64,000 bases of DNA, from NCBI GenBank assembly GCA_964401335.1, contig CAYNYK010000006.1, positions 11,734 to 75,733 on the forward strand. Reading direction: 5' to 3'. This DNA is from an uncultured Planctomycetales bacterium (GTDB taxonomy: Bacteria > Planctomycetota > Phycisphaerae > UBA1845 > PWPN01). The notes beneath the pieces were generated by a model. The model made no database searches. It was not told the DNA's origin and saw nothing but the letters and a program-made list of their open reading frames with translations. Position 1 is the stretch's first letter. Each line of letters opens with the position of its first letter. A program made the translations under genes and the position numbers. Shown here one piece after another: positions 56,283 to 64,000 of this stretch.

Positions 56283-57202
56283 CCGGACGCATCGCCGCGC
56301 GCATTGTTCAGGGTTTGATCGTGCTTTGGGCGATCTATACGGTCACTTTCGCCCTGGTGATGATCATGCCGGGCAACCCCTTCGCTCAGGAAGGGCGGCA
56401 GATGTCGCCGGTCATCGAGCAGGCCTTGCGTCAGCGGTACGGCATGGAGAATAACTGGGTGTTTTACTGGCGTTATCTGGGGCGAATGGTCCGTCTGGAC
56501 TTCGGCGAGTCCTTGAACTACCGCGATTGGACGTGCAATCAGATTATCGCGCATAGTCTGCCGGTCTCGGTGTCATTGGGTTTGTGGGCGTTGTTGCTGG
56601 CCCTGGTCTTTGGCATATTGTTCGGGGTGGCCGGGGCGGTGTATCGCTACGGCTGGCTGGATTACGCGACGATGTTGGTCGCGATCGTGGGAATCTCGGT
56701 GCCGTCCTTCGTGGTGGCGGCCGGCCTGCTGATTGTGTTCGGCGTAATGCTGTCCTGGGCGCCGGTGGGCGGGTGGGGGACTTTAAGACAGATCATACTG
56801 CCGGGCATCGCGTTGTCGTTGCCGTACATGGCCTACATCACCCGGCTGACGCGGCTGGGCATGCTGGATATTCTCGGGAGCGATTACATTCGCACCGCCC
56901 AGGCCAAGGGCTGCACCCCGACGACGGTGATCTGGAAACACGCGTTGAAAAACGCCTTTCTGCCCGTCCTCAGTTTTCTCGGACCGGCCGCCGCCTGGAT
57001 CATGACCGGTTCGTTCGTGGTCGAGAAGGTTTTTAACATCCCCGGAATGGGTACGCACTTCGTGCAGAGCGTACTGAACAAGGACCAGATGCTGGTGATG
57101 GCCGTCGTCATGGTCTTCAGCGGCCTGATCGTGTTTTTCAATCTGCTGGTCGATATTGCCTACGGCTGGTTCGACCCGCGCATCGGCGTGGAGGGAACGT
57201 AA
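56279..57202 (+). CDS. ABC transporter permease (DppB/OppB-like)
   Basis: ATGA overlap with the SBP gene. Six hydrophobic segments. EAA-type motif DYIRTAQAKG. Confidence 0.85.
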   Translation: MTGRIAARIVQGLIVLWAIYTVTFALVMIMPGNPFAQEGRQMSPVIEQALRQRYGMENNWVFYWRYLGRMVRLDFGESLNYRDWTCNQIIAHSLPVSVSLGLWALLLALVFGILFGVAGAVYRYGWLDYATMLVAIVGISVPSFVVAAGLLIVFGVMLSWAPVGGWGTLRQIILPGIALSLPYMAYITRLTRLGMLDILGSDYIRTAQAKGCTPTTVIWKHALKNAFLPVLSFLGPAAAWIMTGSFVVEKVFNIPGMGTHFVQSVLNKDQMLVMAVVMVFSGLIVFFNLLVDIAYGWFDPRIGVEGT

Positions 57203-57227
57203 AGCAGCGATACCCGAAAAACCGGAG

Positions 57228-57382
57228 GCACGGGCAAACCCTTGTCCCCTCTTGAAAGGATGAAGAATGAGGGATGAAGGATGAAGGGTGAGCTTTACCG
57301 TATCGCACGGGCAGAGTCCGGAGTACCGGACCCTGCCCATGCCACCCAACATTGCGACCAGGGCCTGCCCATGCCACCCAAC
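57228..57382 (-). repeat. Hairpin repeat family 1, inverted orientation, nested/composite cluster
   Basis: Outer arms are GCACGGGCAAACCCTTGTCC ... GACCAGGGCCTGCCCATGCCACCC. They enclose GGATGAAG x3 tandem repeats and a complete inner copy GCACGGGCAGAGTCCGG agta CCGGACCCTGCCCATGCCACCC. Confidence 0.75.
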
Positions 57383-57548
57383 GCATCTTGTGATACAACC
57401 GATAAGGAGCCGGTTGGACGGCCGTGACACTCTTCGGTAAGGTATGGGGTCAATTGGTCGCGGCTCGTGCCCCTTCGATGGCAACGGGTGTCTGTTGGAA
57501 GAAGCGGCGCAGGCTGGAACAGATCCACAACAACAGAGGTTTACGATT

Positions 57549-58484
57549 ATGGCGAATTATCTGGTAACGGGAGGGGCGGGGTTTATCGGTTCGCATCTGG
57601 TGGAGCGGTTGGTCAAGGACGGCCACGCGGTTCGGGTGCTGGACAACTTTGCCACCGGCAAGCGGGATAACCTGGCCCCGTTCCTGTCGAAAATCGACCT
57701 GCTCGAAGGCGACTTGCGCAACCCCGACGACTGTCGGCGGGCGTGCCGGGATATCGAAATCGTTTATCATGAGGGAGCGGTCCCGTCGGTGCCCAAATCG
57801 GTGGAAGATCCGGTAACCTCGCATGAGGCCAACGTGGACGGAACCTTCAACATTCTGATGGCCGCCCGCGACGCCAAGTGTCGGCGGCTGATCTACGCGG
57901 CCAGCAGCAGTGCGTACGGCGATCTGCCGGAACTACCCAAACGTGAGTCGGTCTGCCCGCAACCTTTGAGTCCGTACGCGGTCAACAAGCTGGCCGGCGA
58001 GTATTATTTGCTGGCGTTCTACCGCTGCTTCGGCCTACAGACGCTCTCGCTGCGCTATTTCAACGTGTTCGGCCCCCGCCAGGACCCCAAGAGCCAGTAT
58101 GCGGCGGCGATCCCGGCGTTTGTGTCGGCCATCCTGGCGGGCAAATCGCCCACAATTTACGGCGACGGCGAGCAGACTCGCGACTTTACGTACATCGACA
58201 ACGTGGTGCATGCCAACCTGCTGGCCGCCCAAGCCGCCAAGACCGAGGGGCAGGTTATCAATATCGCCTGCGGGCAACGAGTTACCGTCAACCAGATCAT
58301 CGCCCAGATCAATCAATTACTCGGCAAGAATGTTCCGTCCAGACATGTGGACGAACGCCCCGGCGACATCAAACACAGCCTGGCGGATATCACCCTGGCC
58401 AAGCAGATTATCGGTTATGAGCCGTTGATTACCTTCGAGGAGGGTTTGCGGCGGGCCATCGACTGGTATCGACATAATCTGTAA
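57549..58484 (+). CDS. NAD-dependent nucleotide-sugar epimerase/dehydratase (UDP-sugar 4-epimerase-like)
   Basis: LVTGGAGFIGSHL, SSSAYG and YAVNK (YxxxK) motifs. Confidence 0.85.
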   Translation: MANYLVTGGAGFIGSHLVERLVKDGHAVRVLDNFATGKRDNLAPFLSKIDLLEGDLRNPDDCRRACRDIEIVYHEGAVPSVPKSVEDPVTSHEANVDGTFNILMAARDAKCRRLIYAASSSAYGDLPELPKRESVCPQPLSPYAVNKLAGEYYLLAFYRCFGLQTLSLRYFNVFGPRQDPKSQYAAAIPAFVSAILAGKSPTIYGDGEQTRDFTYIDNVVHANLLAAQAAKTEGQVINIACGQRVTVNQIIAQINQLLGKNVPSRHVDERPGDIKHSLADITLAKQIIGYEPLITFEEGLRRAIDWYRHNL

Positions 58485-58613
58485 AGCCCATCCCGATAGG
58501 TTGCGATCGGTGAATCACGGACCATCGACAGAAAACAGACATGTAGAGGTTTGAGCGTGAAAGGCAAAACCACTCGATCCAACGACAGGAATCACCTCCC
58601 CCTGACTTTGCCC

Positions 58614-61244
58614 ATGGCGGCCGACGAGCCAATCCAGCGGCCTAACATTGCCGGCATCATCCTGTGCGGCGGCAGCGGTACACGTATGAATCGGCCGCGA
58701 ACCCACAAGGTCTGCGAAAATATTCACGGGCGACCCGCGATCGTGCGGTTGATCGACACCTTGCGGGTTGCAGGCGTTGATCCGCTGGTGGTAGTCGTCG
58801 GGTACCGGGCCGGCGACGTGGTCGAGACGATCGGGGCCTGTCATCCCGGCATCCACTATGTTTATCAGCGGGATCGGTTGGGCACGGGACACGCGGCCAT
58901 GCTGGCCGTCGAGTCTCTGTGTCATCTGGGATACCAGGGGCCCGTGCTTATAACCATGGGCGATAAGTGGTTCGATCCGGACCTGATGCCCCAGGCTTTC
59001 AAGCGATTTCAAAAAACGCAGGCCGATCTTCTGTTGATCAGCACTCCCAAACATCCGGAGAGCTCCGCCGGGCGATTGGTCCACCTCCGTGGCCGGGGAA
59101 TCGTGGGTATCGTCGAGCGGCGGGACATCGAACGCGCCCAGATTCTGCGGGAATGGCTGGCCTTGGCCGGTGCGCGAAAAACCTTGACACGAGCTACTCT
59201 GCGACGTGTTGGGCTGAAACACATTCGCCCGGCACAGAAGTTATGGCGAGCCCTGGGCCCGTTGGCCGGTTATGCCCGAGGCGGTGGAAGCGTTTCCTCG
59301 TCGGAATTGCTCCATGCCGTGCACCAAAGGGGTACGAAAATCCAGGTCGGGCCGGTGGCCCTGGATGTGGAAGACGTCAACCGCTTCAGCGATTCCGTCA
59401 ACGAGTCGGTTTATATCGGCAAGATCGACGTGCTCCGCGCCGCCCTGCGCCGGGTCGGCCGTAACAATGCTCAGGATGAATACTATCTCACCGATGTGAT
59501 CGGCATTCTGGCCGCCGACCGGGGCGAAAACGGAGCGGCAGCGTCCCGGCGGGTTGTCGAATATCGGCTGCCGCGGCACAGTGTGATGGCCTTCAACAAT
59601 CGCGAGGAACTGGCCCGAATCGAAAATCATGTGCGTATGCGCGAGCGGGACCAGACACGGCGACAGGCCGAGTTACTAATGCAACCCTATCTGCGCGATT
59701 CGCGACAATGGCTGAAACTCCTGAATCCAACAGGAAAGGAGGGTCGGCAATTGGTGGAACGAGTTTATGGAGCGGGTGGGCCGCTGGTACCCGAGCGGAT
59801 TCGCGATCTGTGTAAAACGGTGCGTCTGTTCGCCCGGTGTTTCGACCCTGAACGAAAGTTTTTTCTCGTCCGCGCCCCCGGGCGGATCAACCTGATGGGG
59901 CGGCACGTCGATCATCAGGGCGGTTTCTCGCATACGATAGCCCTGGACCGCGAAGTGGTCATGGCTGTCGCCCCGCGCAACGACGACGTGATCCGGCTGG
60001 TCAACGTGGACCCGGTGGTGTTCCCCACGCGCGAGCTGGTCATTAACGACTGGCGGGACATGCTGAGCTTTCCCGACTGGCCAAGCTTTGTCAACAGTGA
60101 TCGGGTCCGGGCCTATCTGCAATCGACCGTGGGCAACTGGAGTAACTATGTATTGGCCGCCGTGCTCTTCCAGCAGTTCTTGCACCGGGACCGGCGCATT
60201 CTCGGCATGGACGTGGCCGTCAACGGACAAGTGCCGCAGGCCGCCGGTTTGTCCAGCAGTTCGTCGATCGTGGTGGCGAGCATGGAGGCGATCTGCGCGG
60301 TCAATGGGATCGCCGCCGGGGGATCGGATATCGTCAACTGGTGCGGCCAGGCGGAATGGTTCGTCGGCTCGCGGGGCGGCAGTGCGGATCATGCGGCCAT
60401 CCGGTTGAGCCGGGCGGGGTATGTGGCCCGCATGGGTTTTCATCCCTTCAAGATATCCGGCTATGTGCCGCTTTCCGATGAGGCGGCCGTGCTGATCGCG
60501 TACAGCGGACAGAGCGCGGCCAAGAGTGTCGGCGCCCGCGACCGCTATAACGAGCGCGTGGCCTGCTACCGCCTGGGCGTTTTGCTGTTGAAGCAACGCT
60601 ATCCCCGCTGGGCCGCGCGGATCGAGTATGTGCGCGACTTTACCCCGGCGCGGCTGGGCGTTACACCGGACGAAACCCGCAAGATGCTCAATGAACTTCC
60701 CGAGAAAATCAGCCGCGCCGAGCTGCGTAAAAAACTGGGCAGGTCGTACGCCGAGCGGCTGGATACGATTTTTGCCTCGCACGCCGACCTGGGTCCCTAC
60801 ACGATTCGCGCGGTCATGGCTTACGGCGTCGGCGAATACGAACGCAGCCGAGTGGCCGCTCAATTTCTCAAGGACAACGATCTCGGCGGTTTCGGCGAAC
60901 TGATGTGGCTTTCGCACGACGGCGATCGGGTCAACGGCCGCTATATCTATTCACCGCAGCAGGGCCTGAACGATGATGAACCTTTGTATCGCATGGTCGG
61001 GGCTTACGCGTGCAGTACTCCGGACATCGACGACATGATCGACATCGCCCGGGCCACGCCGGGCGTATACGGAGCTCAACTGGCCGGTGCCGGTCTCGGC
61101 GGATGCGTGATGATCCTGGCCCACAGTTCGGCTGTCGGCCGCATCAAGTCCCGCCTGACCAAGGAATACTACCAGCCGCGGGGCATGGCCCCCGCCCTCT
61201 GGCAGGTCCGCTGTGTCTCGGGTGCTGGGTTGATTCGACCTTGA
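58614..61244 (+). CDS. Bifunctional sugar-1-phosphate nucleotidyltransferase (N-terminal, GlmU/RmlA-like) / GHMP sugar kinase (C-terminal, galactokinase-like)
   Basis: N-terminal IILCGGSGTRM and GTGHA. C-terminal GRINLMGRHVDHQGG (galactokinase signature), PQAAGLSSSSS (GHMP motif 2) and GAGLGGCVM (motif 3). The alternative start is TTG 58551. Confidence 0.8.
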   Translation: MAADEPIQRPNIAGIILCGGSGTRMNRPRTHKVCENIHGRPAIVRLIDTLRVAGVDPLVVVVGYRAGDVVETIGACHPGIHYVYQRDRLGTGHAAMLAVESLCHLGYQGPVLITMGDKWFDPDLMPQAFKRFQKTQADLLLISTPKHPESSAGRLVHLRGRGIVGIVERRDIERAQILREWLALAGARKTLTRATLRRVGLKHIRPAQKLWRALGPLAGYARGGGSVSSSELLHAVHQRGTKIQVGPVALDVEDVNRFSDSVNESVYIGKIDVLRAALRRVGRNNAQDEYYLTDVIGILAADRGENGAAASRRVVEYRLPRHSVMAFNNREELARIENHVRMRERDQTRRQAELLMQPYLRDSRQWLKLLNPTGKEGRQLVERVYGAGGPLVPERIRDLCKTVRLFARCFDPERKFFLVRAPGRINLMGRHVDHQGGFSHTIALDREVVMAVAPRNDDVIRLVNVDPVVFPTRELVINDWRDMLSFPDWPSFVNSDRVRAYLQSTVGNWSNYVLAAVLFQQFLHRDRRILGMDVAVNGQVPQAAGLSSSSSIVVASMEAICAVNGIAAGGSDIVNWCGQAEWFVGSRGGSADHAAIRLSRAGYVARMGFHPFKISGYVPLSDEAAVLIAYSGQSAAKSVGARDRYNERVACYRLGVLLLKQRYPRWAARIEYVRDFTPARLGVTPDETRKMLNELPEKISRAELRKKLGRSYAERLDTIFASHADLGPYTIRAVMAYGVGEYERSRVAAQFLKDNDLGGFGELMWLSHDGDRVNGRYIYSPQQGLNDDEPLYRMVGAYACSTPDIDDMIDIARATPGVYGAQLAGAGLGGCVMILAHSSAVGRIKSRLTKEYYQPRGMAPALWQVRCVSGAGLIRP

Positions 61245-61262
61245 TTCAAACCGTCGGCAGAT

Positions 61263-62648
61263 TCACAGGCCGTAGGCGTCGGGGCGGTAGAGGTCCGCGT
61301 ATTGCTCGGCGACGGCGGCGAGGGCGTCCCCCTCATGGCCGGGTAAAGCATCCGCGGAGGCGCAGAGTCGCTCGAACCATTTACGCTCGCGGGGGTCCAT
61401 TCGGATGCGGCCTTGATCAACGGCCTGCTGAATGGCCGTGCATGCCTGACGAACGGCGCATACCGTGCGCGTATAGCCATCATCAGCTCCGATGATCGCC
61501 CGAGCCAAATCAAACACCGTCGCGGGTTCCAGCATCAGAGCTTCCACACTGAGCGGCAGATCGCCGGCCACCAGCCAATCGCGCAAGCGCACGGCCTCGC
61601 CGTTACCGGCCGACAACGCCGTATTGAACAGGCGGCAATCGTAGGCCAGTAGTTCGAGAAACGCCTCCGGCGCCGATCCGCTGAGCAAGCGAACATTCTG
61701 CACGGACTCGTTACTCCATAAATCCGCGGCGGCCGCGGCGATATTGCCCAGCGGGCTGAAATGGGCACAGCAAGCGGATTTGCCTTCCATACTGATCGGG
61801 CAACCGGTAATCACCTTCATGACCGGGCCTTCGTACGCACAATCCTTGGAAGGGCCGACGGCCCCGTGTTCATAAGCGGCCAGGCTTCGCGGCCCGCTGG
61901 CGGCCCGGACGACGGCGGCCAGTACCGACGGAATCATGCCCTGACCGGCCAACTGCATCGCCGTGTTGGCAAACCCGCAGGCTGTATCCCCGCCCGAGAC
62001 CACGTTATACCGCCGAGCAATCGCGGTAATTTCGTCCCAGAGCCAGGCCATGTCGCGGGCGCCCAGCGAACCGAGGGCCGTAACGATACCCGTCAAATCG
62101 CCGAGCAGCAGGGCCTGATCGTGGACTTCCTTCCCACCGATGGATTCGATGGACAGAATATCCGCCCCGGCCTGGGCCGCGCAGGTGAACGCCTCGCGCA
62201 TCTTTTCCCACGAAGCCCCCGTCCGCAGGAGCGGTGGGCGTTCCGCGTCACGCAAGTCCACCACTGTCACGCGCAGGGCGGTGGGTATGCCCGTGTCGGC
62301 GTGCAGCCGATCGAGATGCTCATGCAGAATCGTCGTGATCTCCGCGCCCCATTGCGGCCGATCGGTCATGGGTGGGAGTTGCTCGAACTCGACCACCAAC
62401 CCGGGTAGAGACAGAGCCTTGGCCCGGCGGATCACGGCCTGAGCGATATCTACGTAGTGACGGCGGACCTCGTCCCAGGTATCGTCGTTGATCAGCATCG
62501 GCGGGAGCGTGAAATTGATCTCCGGGTAGACCTGCCCGCCCCCCAGGGTCAGACGGTTCCCGCAAGTAACCGGCCGCGGGCATTGACCGAAAATCAATTC
62601 GTTCGGTTCGGCGATAGCCAATCCTTTTCGTGTTTTCTCTTGCTTCAT
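61263..62648 (-). CDS. MtaB-family protein (methanol:corrinoid methyltransferase-like)
   Basis: Recalled similarity to MtaB along the length: YPEINF, PQWGAEIT, ADILSIESIGGKEV, GGDTACGFANTAM, RSLAAYEHGAVGPSKDC, MEGKSACCAH, WSNESV and LAYDCRLFNTAL. ATG 62648 has a GGAG SD. Confidence 0.6.
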   Translation of the reverse strand: MKQEKTRKGLAIAEPNELIFGQCPRPVTCGNRLTLGGGQVYPEINFTLPPMLINDDTWDEVRRHYVDIAQAVIRRAKALSLPGLVVEFEQLPPMTDRPQWGAEITTILHEHLDRLHADTGIPTALRVTVVDLRDAERPPLLRTGASWEKMREAFTCAAQAGADILSIESIGGKEVHDQALLLGDLTGIVTALGSLGARDMAWLWDEITAIARRYNVVSGGDTACGFANTAMQLAGQGMIPSVLAAVVRAASGPRSLAAYEHGAVGPSKDCAYEGPVMKVITGCPISMEGKSACCAHFSPLGNIAAAAADLWSNESVQNVRLLSGSAPEAFLELLAYDCRLFNTALSAGNGEAVRLRDWLVAGDLPLSVEALMLEPATVFDLARAIIGADDGYTRTVCAVRQACTAIQQAVDQGRIRMDPRERKWFERLCASADALPGHEGDALAAVAEQYADLYRPDAYGL

Positions 62649-62726
62649 GGTCTGCTCCAACTTGTCTCGTCATTCAGCGGGGGAATGCAAACCGCCACCT
62701 GTTTAATGAAATCAAACCATCAGGTT

Positions 62727-63194
62727 TTAATCATCCGCTTTCCGACGACGCGGTCCAGCCTTTTTCTCCTTCGACTGCTGAGCGGCGGACTTCTCGGAAT
62801 CGATCAAGTCCTGGAGTGATATATGGGCGAGCATATCCTCGATCCGGTTGCTTAATTCCCGCCATACTCCGCGGGCCGTACATTGGTTCGTCTTGCGACA
62901 CACCCGCTTGTCGGTCACGCAGGGCACCAGCGTGAGCGGGCCTTCCAGGGTATGGAGAACCTCACTGAGGGCGATCTCCGCCGGAGACCGAGCCAGGATA
63001 AACCCCCCTCCGGCTCCCCGGACACTCCGAACCAGGCCGGCCGCCTTCAGTTTGGTCAGCAGTGCGTGCAGGTATTTAATGGATAAATCCTCTTGCTGTG
63101 CCAAGTCTTCCATCAGCACCGGCTCATCGGCACCTTGCCGAGCCAGCCCCAGCATCGCCCGTAAACCATATCGCCCCCGCGTGGACATTCTCAT
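62727..63194 (-). CDS. Rrf2 family transcriptional regulator (IscR/NsrR-like, Cys-containing)
   Basis: MRMSTRGRYGLRAMLGLA wHTH start. Three-Cys cluster CVTDKRVCRKTNQC suggests Fe-S ligation. Confidence 0.85.
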   Translation of the reverse strand: MRMSTRGRYGLRAMLGLARQGADEPVLMEDLAQQEDLSIKYLHALLTKLKAAGLVRSVRGAGGGFILARSPAEIALSEVLHTLEGPLTLVPCVTDKRVCRKTNQCTARGVWRELSNRIEDMLAHISLQDLIDSEKSAAQQSKEKKAGPRRRKADD

Positions 63195-63365
63195 CGGTTA
63201 TTCCTCAAATAGTCTATCAGAATAGTAGATTATCCGGACTGGACGAGCAAGTCAAACCTGGAACCCGGCCGCTTGGACAGCCGTTTGAACGCCGCCGGAC
63301 GGTCGGGTAATATCGAGAGGCGAAAGGACGAGATAGAAATCAGCTTTTTCATAAAGGATCATGCC

Positions 63366-64000
63366 ATGTCCGAATCAATGAATCGCCGCCGTTTTCTGGA
63401 ACGCACCGCCGTCGTCGCCGGGGCCGTGGCCTTGAGCCAGACTCCGCAAGCTCGAGCCGAAGCCGCCGCGCGGGGTAAAATGAAAAAGGCCGTCGGCCTG
63501 GGGATGGTGGCCGGCAACGATTCGATGCTGGACAAGTTCAAACTCCTGAAGGAATTGGGCTTCGACGGCGTCGAGATCACCGGCGGTTCTTACACGAATC
63601 GTAACGAGATCGTCGAGGCTCGGGACAAGACCGGCGTGGCCGTCCATTCGGTCGTGGTGGGCACCCATTGGAAATACCCCCTGTCCGACCCCGATCCGGC
63701 CATTCGCGAGAAGGGGCTCGAAGGCCTCAAGCACGATATGGAGGAAGCGAGATTCTTGGGGGCCGACGTTGTCCTGTTCGTGCCCGCGACAGTGAATGAA
63801 AAAGTCGGTTACGATGAAGCCTACACCCGCTCACAGGAGGGGCTCCACAAGGCATTACCCTTGGCCGAAAAACTGGGCATCACCATTCTGATCGAAAACG
63901 TGTGGAATAACTTTCTGCTCAGCCCGCTGGAGACGGCCCGATACGTCGATGAATTCAATTCGCCACGGGTCAAGGCCTACTTCGACGTGGGCAATATCAT
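63366..64000 (+). CDS. Tat-exported sugar phosphate isomerase/epimerase (xylose isomerase-like TIM barrel), 3' partial
   Basis: Translated by hand because it is absent from the ORF track (no stop in the window). MSESMNRRRFLERTAVVAGAVALSQTPQARA, then GFDGVEI, VLFVP, ILIENVWNNF and YFDVGN. Confidence 0.75.
   Translation, partial: MSESMNRRRFLERTAVVAGAVALSQTPQARAEAAARGKMKKAVGLGMVAGNDSMLDKFKLLKELGFDGVEITGGSYTNRNEIVEARDKTGVAVHSVVVGTHWKYPLSDPDPAIREKGLEGLKHDMEEARFLGADVVLFVPATVNEKVGYDEAYTRSQEGLHKALPLAEKLGITILIENVWNNFLLSPLETARYVDEFNSPRVKAYFDVGNI

Overview
High-GC bacterial chromosomal segment with dense coding on both strands. I support about 50 CDS and 2 tRNAs. I see no rRNA, CRISPR array, transposase, integrase, reverse transcriptase or phage genes. 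Tat signals, pilM/pilN, GH38 and GH99/WbsX-like enzymes, URO-D-family and MtaB-family proteins, and a large secreted repeat protein with a C-terminal anchor suggest a PVC/Planctomycetota-like organism, but this is inference only.

Housekeeping genes (panB, nadA, aroD, thrS-infC, sat, recO, tyrS, rnk, tRNA-Arg-CCT, tRNA-Leu-GAG) are interleaved with other functions:
- Glycan and sugar metabolism: GH38 mannosidase, beta-helix lyase-like protein, FucI-like isomerase, PIG-L deacetylase, NagB-like protein, nucleotide-sugar epimerase, and a kinase/nucleotidyltransferase fusion.
- A pilMN, histidine kinase, receiver and HD-GYP cluster, plus a REC-GGDEF protein.
- One VapBC-type toxin-antitoxin pair.
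- An Rrf2 regulator with an MtaB-like methyltransferase.

Many long ORFs in the track are antisense shadow ORFs typical of high-GC DNA, and I rejected them.

I did not find a convincing new multi-gene protein system. The least explained signals are non-coding:
1. An oriented hairpin repeat family (GGTGGCATGGGCAGG...CCTGCCCGTGC) at five or more intergenic loci. Every copy shows a strand-specific G:U wobble pattern.
2. A second palindromic, MITE-like family (CCCGGATAATTCACCACGGAG...CTCCGTGGT...GAATAATCCGGG) with 68-nt and roughly 185-nt forms. Some copies supply the 3' ends of CDSs.
3. An array of about 8 GATTCC-centred hairpins between two convergent genes.
4. Several ORF-free regions of 500-750 bp, most notably 40401-41160 upstream of thrS.

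All functional calls rest on motifs recognised by eye. No database search was run.
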